Assembly (NCBI GenBank): GCA_963663965.2 | Contig: CAXXFK010000008.1 | Span: forward strand, 1 to 61,480 | Direction: 5' to 3' | DNA: 61,480 nucleotides | Source of the DNA: Sedimentisphaerales bacterium | GTDB lineage: Bacteria > Planctomycetota > Phycisphaerae > Sedimentisphaerales > SM23-30 | Shown: piece by piece, positions 39,923 through 48,846 of the stretch | Numbering within the stretch: position 1 is the first letter of the stretch | Layout: each line of letters starts with the position of its first letter | Position numbers and translations under genes: made by a program | The notes under the pieces: model-generated | Databases searched by the model: none | What the model was told of the DNA's origin: nothing | Seen by the model: only the letters and a program-made list of their open reading frames with translations

Positions 39923-40288
39923 TTAATAGGATTGGATATGACAATTAAAACAGGGGGAACCATCCCTGGGTATCAATTCCCCGCAATTGGGGCATGGAGC
40001 CAGGACAATATCATCGTCTTCTTCCAGATGGAGGGCGTAAGTATTGTCGGGGGGGGCCGATTCCGGATTGGCCGGGATCTTCTCTGGTTTGACTGGTTCG
40101 GATTTTGATACAGGAGATGGGGAGGCTGTAACCGTCAGTGGGGTCACTGATGGGATATCAGGATTAAGGCTGAAACTGCCATTACAGAATGGACAGGTGC
40201 CTTCCTGATTCGCCAGAAAATCTGGGATAACCAGTTTTCGGGCGCAGTGTTTACATTGTGTGTTCATAACTGGATCCGTATGATTCAA
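39923..40288 (-). CDS. Small double zinc-ribbon protein, first gene of the GTPase operon (start may be the ATG at 40267)
   Basis: CKHC..CPFC, Pro/Ser-rich linker, CPNC..CFNC. Confidence 0.7.
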   Translation of the reverse strand: MNHTDPVMNTQCKHCARKLVIPDFLANQEGTCPFCNGSFSLNPDIPSVTPLTVTASPSPVSKSEPVKPEKIPANPESAPPDNTYALHLEEDDDIVLAPCPNCGELIPRDGSPCFNCHIQSY

Positions 40289-40655
40289 AGCTTCGTTTGA
40301 TCATTGGACAATTTAAGCCTGTCCTTTCCCATTTTTATTATCTATAGACGGAGAAATTGACGGTTTGTTACCAAAAAAAGAAACTCTGATACCTGCAAAT
40401 TCTTGTGAAATACAGATATCGATATTAAATAGAATTATGGGAAAGTCAAGCATTAACGTTTTAAAACATCAGTATTTACTGCAATAATACCCTGCGATTA
40501 ACTTCAAATTTAACTAAGACTCGTGTTGAAAAATAGCGAAAATAGGTAATATGGAAAAAGCTTTGTGCTTGGCAATCTCATTAATCGGGATGACGACGTG
40601 AATTATTTCATTCAAAACCGTCTTAATTATGCTTACAATTTTAATTAACTATGTT

Positions 40656-41459
40656 ATGAGAAAACGAATTGTAAACTTTATTGAAGATTTCGGCAGTTTT
40701 TGGCGATTTGCCTGGTTTGTTCTCCTAGCACCGGTTATTACCGGACGCACCCGCCCCATGCCTGGCCGTAACCACTTATGGGCACAGATGTTCGAAATTG
40801 GTATCAAAAGCGTTCCGGTTGTTATGATTACCGGTGCGTTTGTTGCGATGACCCTGGCGGTACAAAGTTATGGCCAGCTCTATGGGATGGGATTCGAAGA
40901 TCGTATGGGCAGTCTCATCAACCTTTCCGTTGTCAAGGAACTGGGCCCGGTGCTGGCTGCCTTTATGCTGGCCGGCCGGGTAGGGGGGGCTCTGACAGCC
41001 GAACTTGGCACCATGCGGGTGACTGAGCAGATTGATGCCGTTCGTTCTATCGGCGCGAATCCGCTCCGTTATCTGGTCTGGCCCCGCTTTATGGCCTGTG
41101 TTTTGCTCATGCCTTTTCTCACAATTTATGCCGACTTGATGGGAGTAATCGGCGGTTATGTCATCAGTGTGTTTTATTATAAGATCAATTCCGAGGCCTA
41201 TTGGCGATTCAGCGCCGATATCGTGCAGCTGTGGGATGTCGGGGTAGGTGTGGCCAAGAGCTTCTTTTTCGGCGCCAGTATCTCTCTCATCAGTTGCTTT
41301 AAGGGATTCCATTGCGACCGGGGCGCCCGGGGAGTGGGCAAGGCCTGCACAGAAGCGTTCGTCTATAGTTTTATAGCAATCCTGCTGTTAAATTTTGTAC
41401 TTGCCGTAATCACCAAAGCCATCTATGAAACCCTCTGGGATGTCCAGATTATTGTTTGA
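40656..41459 (+). CDS. mlaE: MlaE-family ABC permease (phospholipid/MCE transport)
   Basis: KELGPVLAAFMLAGRVGGALTAELGTMRVTEQIDA; GARGVGKACT. The ATG at 40656 is preferred over the TTG at 40629. Confidence 0.92.
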   Translation: MRKRIVNFIEDFGSFWRFAWFVLLAPVITGRTRPMPGRNHLWAQMFEIGIKSVPVVMITGAFVAMTLAVQSYGQLYGMGFEDRMGSLINLSVVKELGPVLAAFMLAGRVGGALTAELGTMRVTEQIDAVRSIGANPLRYLVWPRFMACVLLMPFLTIYADLMGVIGGYVISVFYYKINSEAYWRFSADIVQLWDVGVGVAKSFFFGASISLISCFKGFHCDRGARGVGKACTEAFVYSFIAILLLNFVLAVITKAIYETLWDVQIIV

Positions 41460-41462
41460 TTA

Positions 41463-42239
41463 ATGACCGAATCGACTCAACAAAACCTCTTTGAATTGTC
41501 AGCGATCCAAAAATCTTTTGGGGATACCAAGGTATTGACCAATTTTGATTTTGCCATTGAACGCGGTAAAACCACGGTAGTAATCGGTCCCAGTGGATGT
41601 GGTAAAACCGTGTTACTTAAACTGTTGATTCTCCTGTTGCGTCCGGACCGGGGCAAAGTGTTTTTTGATGGCCGGCGCATTGATCCTTTGCCCGAATCCC
41701 GGCTGGTGCCGGTGCGTGCCCGGTGTGGCTTTTTGTTTCAAGCCGGCGCGTTATTCGATTCCCAGACGGTTTTCGAGAATATCGCGTTTCCACTCTATCA
41801 GCATACGGATCACAGCCATGATGAAATTCGCCAGATTGTCCGCAATAAACTGCGCCTGGTGGCACTGGAACCGTTGGAAAACCGCTATCCGGCCGAACTT
41901 TCCGGTGGTCAGCAAAAACGTATTGCCCTGGCCCGGGCGATTGCTCTTTCACCCGAAGTGGTGCTCTACGACGAACCCACCACCGGCCTGGATCCCATCC
42001 GTTCGGATATTATTGGCGATTTGATCCTCAAGTTAAAAACCGAATTGAGAATCACTTCCGTTGTGGTGACGCATGATATGAAACTGGCCGCCAAGATCGG
42101 AGACCGGATCGTGATGATGAGCCAGGGCAGGATTATTGCGGATGGAACGGCGGATGAAATTTATCATAGTACAGATCCGGTGGTCCAGCAGTTTGTTCTG
42201 GGCCGGAGTGCTTTTGCCGGGGGAGTTCATCTGGATTAA
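41463..42239 (+). CDS. mlaF: MlaF-family ABC ATP-binding protein
   Basis: GPSGCGKT, FQAGALFDS, LSGGQQKR, LYDEPTTGLDP, VVTHD. Confidence 0.92.
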   Translation: MTESTQQNLFELSAIQKSFGDTKVLTNFDFAIERGKTTVVIGPSGCGKTVLLKLLILLLRPDRGKVFFDGRRIDPLPESRLVPVRARCGFLFQAGALFDSQTVFENIAFPLYQHTDHSHDEIRQIVRNKLRLVALEPLENRYPAELSGGQQKRIALARAIALSPEVVLYDEPTTGLDPIRSDIIGDLILKLKTELRITSVVVTHDMKLAAKIGDRIVMMSQGRIIADGTADEIYHSTDPVVQQFVLGRSAFAGGVHLD

Positions 42240-42268
42240 AGGCTGTATTGAAAATAAGGATAGTTATC

Positions 42269-43336
42269 ATGCCTAATGAAAGATTCAGAAATCAGATAGT
42301 CGGCTTGTTCATGTTGATCGGCCTGGTCGTGTTTGGCTGGCTGGTGATGCGTTTTGGCGATCTGCCCAGTATTGTCAGTCGGTATGATGCCAGAATAGTG
42401 ACGGTCTGGCTGCCTGAAACCGCCAATCTGAAAACCAACAGCCGGGTCGTTTTTCGGGGTTATACCGTCGGAAAAATTCTTTCGGTATCGCCGCCCGCGG
42501 CTTATGCCGATCCTGATCATCCGGATTCGACATTGTATGGGGTCAAACTGGAAGCGGCGGTTGCATCCTCAAACAAAGTGCCCGCCAATGTCACTGCCCG
42601 GGTTGTACGTGGCGGCCTGGGCGCCAGTTACCTTGAACTGGTCCTGGATCAGGCGCCATCTGAGGAACTATTAATCAGCGGTCAGCAGTTATACGGATCG
42701 ATTTCGATGACCAATCAATTTATCTCCGAAGATACCCAGAAAAAACTCGACAGTCTGATTGTTTCCATGACAACGTTGAGCGAAGCGATGCAGACTCAAC
42801 TGAAACCGTTGCCGCCCGACCAGCTCGATCCAGCCCGTGAGGTCTATGCGAACATGACGACTGCCGTGATGCGTCTGGATGAGGTGCTTAAACATTTCAA
42901 TACCATTCTGGGTGATCCTGACAACCAGAAAAATATTAAGGAAGCGATCACTTCGGTCCGGGATGCCGCGGACGGGATCCGTCAGACAGCCCGAAAAGCC
43001 GATCTCCTGCTTGAAGATGCCCATAAAATGGTGGATAGCGCAGATGAAACCGTTGCCGAAATCAAAACATCGGTAACCCGATTGACCGATACGTATCAAC
43101 AGGTGGGTGTTCATGCCAATGTGGCTCTTGATGAATTATCCGGGGCGTTGAACGAATCGCGAAAAATCCTGGCGGCCATCAATGCCGGTGAAGGCACCTT
43201 GGGCCAGTTGGCTACTGATTCCCGGCTTTATGAATCGTTTATCGATGTGAGCCAGCGGATCGAATTAACCATGAAAAGCATAGATGCCATCCTCCAGCAA
43301 TGGCAGCAGGATGGGGTGCGGATGAAACTGAAATAA
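42269..43336 (+). CDS. mlaD: MlaD/MCE-family protein with long helical C-terminus
   Basis: N-terminal TM VGLFMLIGLVVFGWL; LKTNSRVVFRGYTVGKI MCE motif; GEGTLGQL..D..LY. The ATG at 42269 is preferred. Confidence 0.85.
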   Translation: MPNERFRNQIVGLFMLIGLVVFGWLVMRFGDLPSIVSRYDARIVTVWLPETANLKTNSRVVFRGYTVGKILSVSPPAAYADPDHPDSTLYGVKLEAAVASSNKVPANVTARVVRGGLGASYLELVLDQAPSEELLISGQQLYGSISMTNQFISEDTQKKLDSLIVSMTTLSEAMQTQLKPLPPDQLDPAREVYANMTTAVMRLDEVLKHFNTILGDPDNQKNIKEAITSVRDAADGIRQTARKADLLLEDAHKMVDSADETVAEIKTSVTRLTDTYQQVGVHANVALDELSGALNESRKILAAINAGEGTLGQLATDSRLYESFIDVSQRIELTMKSIDAILQQWQQDGVRMKLK

Positions 43337-43361
43337 AACGTTCATTTTCGGTTGTTATGCC

Positions 43362-45368
43362 TTATAAGTTGGATAATTCCATCGGCTCAATCTGATACAT
43401 TACATTCTCTGCGTCAGTATGATATTCAAGCCGGACCTGGATCGGTGAGGTCGATTCCGGATCAAGATAAAATGAGCCAACATTTGAGTAAACCCCTTGT
43501 GCGGACATACAACTTTGCGTTCCCCAGCTTTTACTGCCTTTGCGGCTGGTCACCTCTTCAATTTGCCAGGGTTGCGGATTGCCGGAGAGGGTAGGCGTTA
43601 GTTTGACGGTATATACGGTCAGGGTGTTATTTTTATCATAACCAAATAAGATCAAGGGTCGCCCAGGCGGCAGTTCCAGTTGCTGATGCTCAATCACAGT
43701 TTTGGCATCGATTGCGCCCATAGCCATCAGGCAGTCCGTGTCCAGCTCTTCATCAAGTAGCGCTTCAGATTCCAGCTTTTTAGCTAGATTCTTAATGTCT
43801 GATTCATGCTTACTGGACCCCGATCCAATCCGGTCCAGAATGATCGCCTTTTTCAAATAATCCAGCGCCTTGTCCGTTTGCTTTCGAGATTGATACAGGG
43901 TTCCCAGTTTCAGGCATATTGCTGCGGAATTCAACTCGGCGCGTTCCAGGCGGGCCATAAACTGATCGTAGAGATGATAATCGAAGAGGTTTTCCAGCAA
44001 CATCAGGTGTTCTATCGGGACGGAATCATTAAGAAAACGTTCCAGGGCAGTTTTGATCTCCGTCTGCGGCATCAGACTGCGATAAAAGCCATAAAGATAT
44101 TCGCGATCGATTACGGTCTCTTCTGTATGGTGTAATGGGACAGGATCCCAATCCTGATCATCCTGATGCATATGATATATCTGCAAAATGGTATGATCAT
44201 TTTCAATCCGGATATTATTCAAGGTATGTTCCCCGATACTCCTGGATGCTATGGTCCAGCCGTTTTCCTTAAACTGGCTGCAAAGCGCTTTCAGTACGTC
44301 AGAAACCGGGTCGGTTATCGGAAAACGAAACAGCGTTTCATTTGGAGTCAGCATGCGGCTGGCTGTAAATAGAATCTCCGGTTCATAAACTGCCAGCACA
44401 TCGGGGACGTCAACTGGTTGATAATCCGGGTACAGATAATCTGGGAAAGAAGGCATACTGCCATCTTTTTTCTGTTGGCCTTCAATATATTTTTTCAGCG
44501 AATCACTCAGTTCTTCAGCAATTTTACTTGCTGCCAGGTTGAATTTATGTGATTCATAGCCGGTAGTAGTACTCTCATGCTGAATCTCGCAATTCCAGTT
44601 AAATTCCATCGCGGGAATCGAATTATTGTCGAAATGATGGCAACGGTTGCCCCAGGGGCCATGGAAGGCGTTGGCCTTGATACTGGCCGTAAGATCATAT
44701 TTCAGCGGCCAGTTGTGCGTCTGGTAATGATCGACTCTTACTTGCATGACAATATCGGGGGTTCTTTGCCCGGCCGGTATCGGTTGGTCGCGAAAGTAAG
44801 CAATCTGTTGGATGAGTTTGGATTTTTGCAGCGCTTCTTCCAGATAATCGCAGATCATCATTGTCAGGATCTCATTATCTGCCGGTACAAGCCACAGGGA
44901 ACGGCAGGCGATCGGGCAATGATTCGTCTGTGCGCTGGACGAACTGGTTGAGGTCGACTGGTTGCTGACGATCGTTGCCGCATGCGCGTTGTATCCTTTC
45001 TCCTGTTGAAGCTCCGGACCGCGCAGCATATCCATCCAGCCGTGGGCAAATACCGGTACCCGTACATAAAAACCCAGAATAATTATGGCTACTACCGTAC
45101 CGCGCATGGTCCAGCGCATCGCTGAGCCGGCCACTTTGGCGGGTGATCGGAATTGCCCGAATATCAGGTATAAAAAGGTAAGCGCCGGGTTCAAAAATGG
45201 AAATGTGATTAACCAGAAAAACCGGGTTACGGAGGTTTTGTCAAACAAACGGTAAAATTCCCGGCGGCGCAAACACAGAATCAGCAATATCAGCCATCCT
45301 CCGATAAAGAGTGCCGGGATCAGCCAAAACAGAAAACTGACGCTTTGTAAGTGTTTAAATATATTCAT
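43362..45368 (-). CDS. Hypothetical membrane protein with PLDc_N-like hairpin and a TPR-like segment
   Basis: N-terminal TMs include FFWLITFPFLNPALTFLYLIFG; CLKLGTLYQSRKQTDKALDYLKKA is a TPR-like helix pair. Confidence 0.6.
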   Translation of the reverse strand: MNIFKHLQSVSFLFWLIPALFIGGWLILLILCLRRREFYRLFDKTSVTRFFWLITFPFLNPALTFLYLIFGQFRSPAKVAGSAMRWTMRGTVVAIIILGFYVRVPVFAHGWMDMLRGPELQQEKGYNAHAATIVSNQSTSTSSSSAQTNHCPIACRSLWLVPADNEILTMMICDYLEEALQKSKLIQQIAYFRDQPIPAGQRTPDIVMQVRVDHYQTHNWPLKYDLTASIKANAFHGPWGNRCHHFDNNSIPAMEFNWNCEIQHESTTTGYESHKFNLAASKIAEELSDSLKKYIEGQQKKDGSMPSFPDYLYPDYQPVDVPDVLAVYEPEILFTASRMLTPNETLFRFPITDPVSDVLKALCSQFKENGWTIASRSIGEHTLNNIRIENDHTILQIYHMHQDDQDWDPVPLHHTEETVIDREYLYGFYRSLMPQTEIKTALERFLNDSVPIEHLMLLENLFDYHLYDQFMARLERAELNSAAICLKLGTLYQSRKQTDKALDYLKKAIILDRIGSGSSKHESDIKNLAKKLESEALLDEELDTDCLMAMGAIDAKTVIEHQQLELPPGRPLILFGYDKNNTLTVYTVKLTPTLSGNPQPWQIEEVTSRKGSKSWGTQSCMSAQGVYSNVGSFYLDPESTSPIQVRLEYHTDAENVMYQIEPMELSNL

Positions 45369-45477
45369 GTTACGGTCTTTTTTTACTTTTTGCTAACTTT
45401 GCGCGTAGACATATTATATACTGATAGACGCGTCTTGGCTAATAACATTACAGATTCTGGTCAGACAGGGAGACACA

Positions 45478-45873
45478 ATGAAAATGAACCATATCTCACC
45501 GGCGTTTACGACGGATAAAGTGGCGGAAACACGCGATTTCTACGTCAATTTGTTCGATGCGAAAGTGACTTTCGATTGTGGTTGGTATGTGAATCTTGAA
45601 TTTGGCAATCCCTGCGCCACCTTACAGTTCATGGCGCCGCAGGAAGACCATCAGCAGTTGGCTGACAGTGCCGGATTAATTTACAACTTTGAGGTCGAAG
45701 ATGTCGATCAGGTTTATGATCGGCTTACGGCTTCCGGGTTGGAACCAATAGTGCCGCTGGATGACCATCCCTGGGGTGATCGCGGGTTTTGTGTCAAGGA
45801 TCCTAATGGCATCTCAATTTACATTTATTCACTTCGCGAGCCCGATGAAGCATTCAAACCCTATTTCAAATAA
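45478..45873 (+). CDS. VOC/glyoxalase/bleomycin-resistance family protein
   Basis: RDFYVNLF, FEVEDVDQVYDRL, PWGDRGFCVKDPNG; RBS gggag. Confidence 0.9.
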   Translation: MKMNHISPAFTTDKVAETRDFYVNLFDAKVTFDCGWYVNLEFGNPCATLQFMAPQEDHQQLADSAGLIYNFEVEDVDQVYDRLTASGLEPIVPLDDHPWGDRGFCVKDPNGISIYIYSLREPDEAFKPYFK

Positions 45874-45964
45874 TCATGATCCAAAAATCTGCTGGTACTT
45901 TTTGCCGCCAAGCGGTATTGAGGGGTATACTTTATAAGGGACTCCAGCAACCGAGGACTTGACA

Positions 45965-46813
45965 ATGTCCGATAAGTTGTTTTTAACCAATAGCTTGTAT
46001 GTTTTGCTGATTATCGCACTTTTAGCCCTGCCAGGGTGTAAGCGGGGTGAGTCGAATGGCCGGGGTGATATCACATCGAAGGATTCAGTAATGATTGATA
46101 AACAAGAAACAGTATTAACCAATATCAATAATGATTCAGGCAATCCCCCGGCTTTGATTGAGTGGAATCATCCCCGCTCGGGTGAGAGGCTTGAAGAAAG
46201 AACCCGTATGGTGGATACGATCAGCAGGTACTATCGATTCAATGATGAACAGGTACTGGATGCAATCATGAATGTTCCGCGTCACTGGTTTGTACCGGCA
46301 TCACAGCAGGGAGCGGCTTATCGCGATTCCCCCTTATCGATCGGATTTGATCAGACCATTTCTCAACCCTATATTGTGGCATTTATGACCGGTCAGCTTG
46401 GCTTGGATCCGGAGAAAAAAGTATTGGAAATTGGGACCGGATCCGGTTATCAGGCCGCCGTACTGTCTGAATTGACACCACAGGTATTTACGATTGAAAT
46501 CGTCGAACCGCTGGCTCATGCTGCGTCTGAACGGCTTAAAAAACTGGGATATGATTCCATTCAGCTACGATGTGGCGATGGCTATCTGGGCTGGCCCGAG
46601 GAGCAGCCTTTTGACGCCATTATCGCAACCTGTGCGCCGGAGCATATCCCTCCGGCGCTGATCGAGCAACTCAAGCCTGACGGTAGACTGGTTATACCCG
46701 TTGGCTCGGTTCATGGTATTCAAAGCTTAATTCTCGTCACAAAAGATGACCAGGGTCGGATTCGCAAAAAAGAACTGATGATGGTGCGATTTGTTCCGTT
46801 GGTCAGGGAATAA
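45965..46813 (+). CDS. pcm: Protein-L-isoaspartate O-methyltransferase with lipoprotein-like N-terminal extension
   Basis: VPRHWFV, QTISQPYIVA, VLEIGTGSGYQAA, GDGYLGWPE..PFDAI, VRFVPLV. Confidence 0.93.
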   Translation: MSDKLFLTNSLYVLLIIALLALPGCKRGESNGRGDITSKDSVMIDKQETVLTNINNDSGNPPALIEWNHPRSGERLEERTRMVDTISRYYRFNDEQVLDAIMNVPRHWFVPASQQGAAYRDSPLSIGFDQTISQPYIVAFMTGQLGLDPEKKVLEIGTGSGYQAAVLSELTPQVFTIEIVEPLAHAASERLKKLGYDSIQLRCGDGYLGWPEEQPFDAIIATCAPEHIPPALIEQLKPDGRLVIPVGSVHGIQSLILVTKDDQGRIRKKELMMVRFVPLVRE

Positions 46814-46898
46814 GCAAAGAGAAAAGGATCTGCATTAGATTCTGGAAAATTTGCATTTGTAAGGATCAGCCGTTACAATTCCCCAATGAAAATTCAAG

Positions 46899-48446
46899 GT
46901 GATAGCGCCTGAACCGCCTCAATGGAGCCTGAATGTGTCTGTAAGCAATAATAAAATTCTGTCTGATCCAGATCAGATGCTTCCTCTGGAAATAAAAATA
47001 CTGTCATCCATTGCCGGTTTTCCTGTTTCGCCAGCCCAGGCTCCCTGGTTGCTGGCAGTTTCCGGCGGGGCGGACAGTGTGGCCATGTTACAAGTCTTGT
47101 TTCGGCTGTTCCGGATGAATCAATTGCCCTGCCGTAAATTGGTGATGGCTCATCTGAACCATACCTTGCGGGGTCAGGATTCTGATCAGGATGCCGTTTT
47201 TGTCAGGGATCTGGCAAAAGACCTTGGTCTGGATTGTTATTGTGAGCGTGCCGATATCGCTCAACTGGCTCGAGACCAGAAAATATCCATTGAAACTGCC
47301 GCCAGAAACGCCCGTTATGATTTTCTGGCAGGGGTAGCCATGGAAAGTGGCTGTGATACCATTGCCGTGGCGCACAATGCCGATGACCAGGTTGAAACAG
47401 TCCTTCACCGTATTCTGCGCGGCACAGGATTAAAAGGTCTGGCGGGAATGGCTCCGATACGCCCTTTGCGCGAAGGCAAATCGATGCTATTGATTCGCCC
47501 TTTGCTGGCCTGTACTCGTAAAGAAATCCTGGATTATCTGGCTGGAATCAATCAGCAATGGCGGGAAGACCGGTCTAATGCCGACACCAGTTTCACCCGT
47601 AACCGGATCCGCAACGAGCTTCTGCCGCTATTACGGCAACAATACAATCCCCAGATTAATAATGCGTTAATTCAGTTAAGTGAATTAACGCGTCAGGCGA
47701 ATAGCCTGCTGGGAAACATGACAGAGCCGTTATTAGCCGGTATTATTCTGGAACACCATGAATCCCGGATTGTTATCGGACTGAAGCAGTTCTCTGACTG
47801 TTCAAAATCCTGGCAAATCCGGATTCTTTATGAGGTTTTACATCGCCTGGACGTTCCTCTGGACCGGCTCGGGATGAAACAGATTCAGTTATTATGCGAA
47901 TTTGCCGGGAAAAATCGAACTGGCAGACTCGGTATGTCTGGAGGCTTGATCGCTGAACGCTATGCGGATCGGTTGGAGTTTCGAATAGGAGGCAAGAACC
48001 ACTGTATTGAAATTCAACCCATCGAATTACCGGGCCAGTCGGTGGTCACGGTTGCTAACGGATTGCTTTGGTATGACTTGCAGGCTAAGAAATCATACCC
48101 CATTAACTCATTGACTCGTCAGAAAGAGATTCTTTCCCAGGATAAAAAAACGATAAACTTCAATGGCAAAACCGCCGGCTTCGAATGGATCGATGCGGAT
48201 CGATTACAGGAGCCTCTTTTTATTCGAAACCGTCAGCCAGGAGATACAATTCATCCGCTGGGAGCCCCTGGTGGAAAAAAAGTGGGCGATTTGATGACCG
48301 ATCTGAAAATTCCAATTTCAATCCGGGATCGTCTGGGCGTGATTTGTGATCAGGCCGGTCTTATCTGGATCGCCGGATTAAGATTGGATAACCGGGTGCG
48401 GCTCACAAAAAAATCGAAAAAAATCGAAAAAATTTCTGTTTTGTAA
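46899..48446 (+). CDS. tilS: tRNA(Ile)-lysidine synthetase; start uncertain
   Basis: PP-loop AVSGGADS, HLNHTLR, ETAARNARY, AHNADDQVET, IRPLL, EDRSN, RNRIR; C-terminal TilS_C-like IRNRQPGD. Confidence 0.95.
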   Translation: MIAPEPPQWSLNVSVSNNKILSDPDQMLPLEIKILSSIAGFPVSPAQAPWLLAVSGGADSVAMLQVLFRLFRMNQLPCRKLVMAHLNHTLRGQDSDQDAVFVRDLAKDLGLDCYCERADIAQLARDQKISIETAARNARYDFLAGVAMESGCDTIAVAHNADDQVETVLHRILRGTGLKGLAGMAPIRPLREGKSMLLIRPLLACTRKEILDYLAGINQQWREDRSNADTSFTRNRIRNELLPLLRQQYNPQINNALIQLSELTRQANSLLGNMTEPLLAGIILEHHESRIVIGLKQFSDCSKSWQIRILYEVLHRLDVPLDRLGMKQIQLLCEFAGKNRTGRLGMSGGLIAERYADRLEFRIGGKNHCIEIQPIELPGQSVVTVANGLLWYDLQAKKSYPINSLTRQKEILSQDKKTINFNGKTAGFEWIDADRLQEPLFIRNRQPGDTIHPLGAPGGKKVGDLMTDLKIPISIRDRLGVICDQAGLIWIAGLRLDNRVRLTKKSKKIEKISVL

Positions 48447-48846
48447 CATGTTGTAAATAAAAGAATTGTAAATATTCCCGGGTCGTTTTTAAGTAAAAAT
48501 ATCGAAATTTATATCCATGTTTCCATTTTTCATACGCTTTAGATTATGGAAAAAGAATAACGGGCCAAACCATAGAAAATTGAGGGCTAGGAAATCTCTT
48601 AGTCCGGAAGAGAGGGGACATCGAATCCCCTTCGATGTACTCTGGTGAGTTATTGCACACCGCTCGCTGGTCCGCCGCGTTTTTAGAATTCATAATGGTA
48701 GTAATGTATAACAGGATAGCAGGGTATCGTGTAAGAATCCGGGTTGTTATAGGCTGCTGTTTGGATAATAGTAGATATTTATATTTAGATATTCGCCCTG
48801 AAGGGTGGTATCATTGTAATAATCAAAAACCTGATTCTACCCAGAT

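Noticed and set aside
48406..48433. aaaaaatcga tandem repeat at the end of tilS as a phase-variable tract
   Set aside because: It encodes a Lys-rich C-terminus in the last codons, and the frame is intact.
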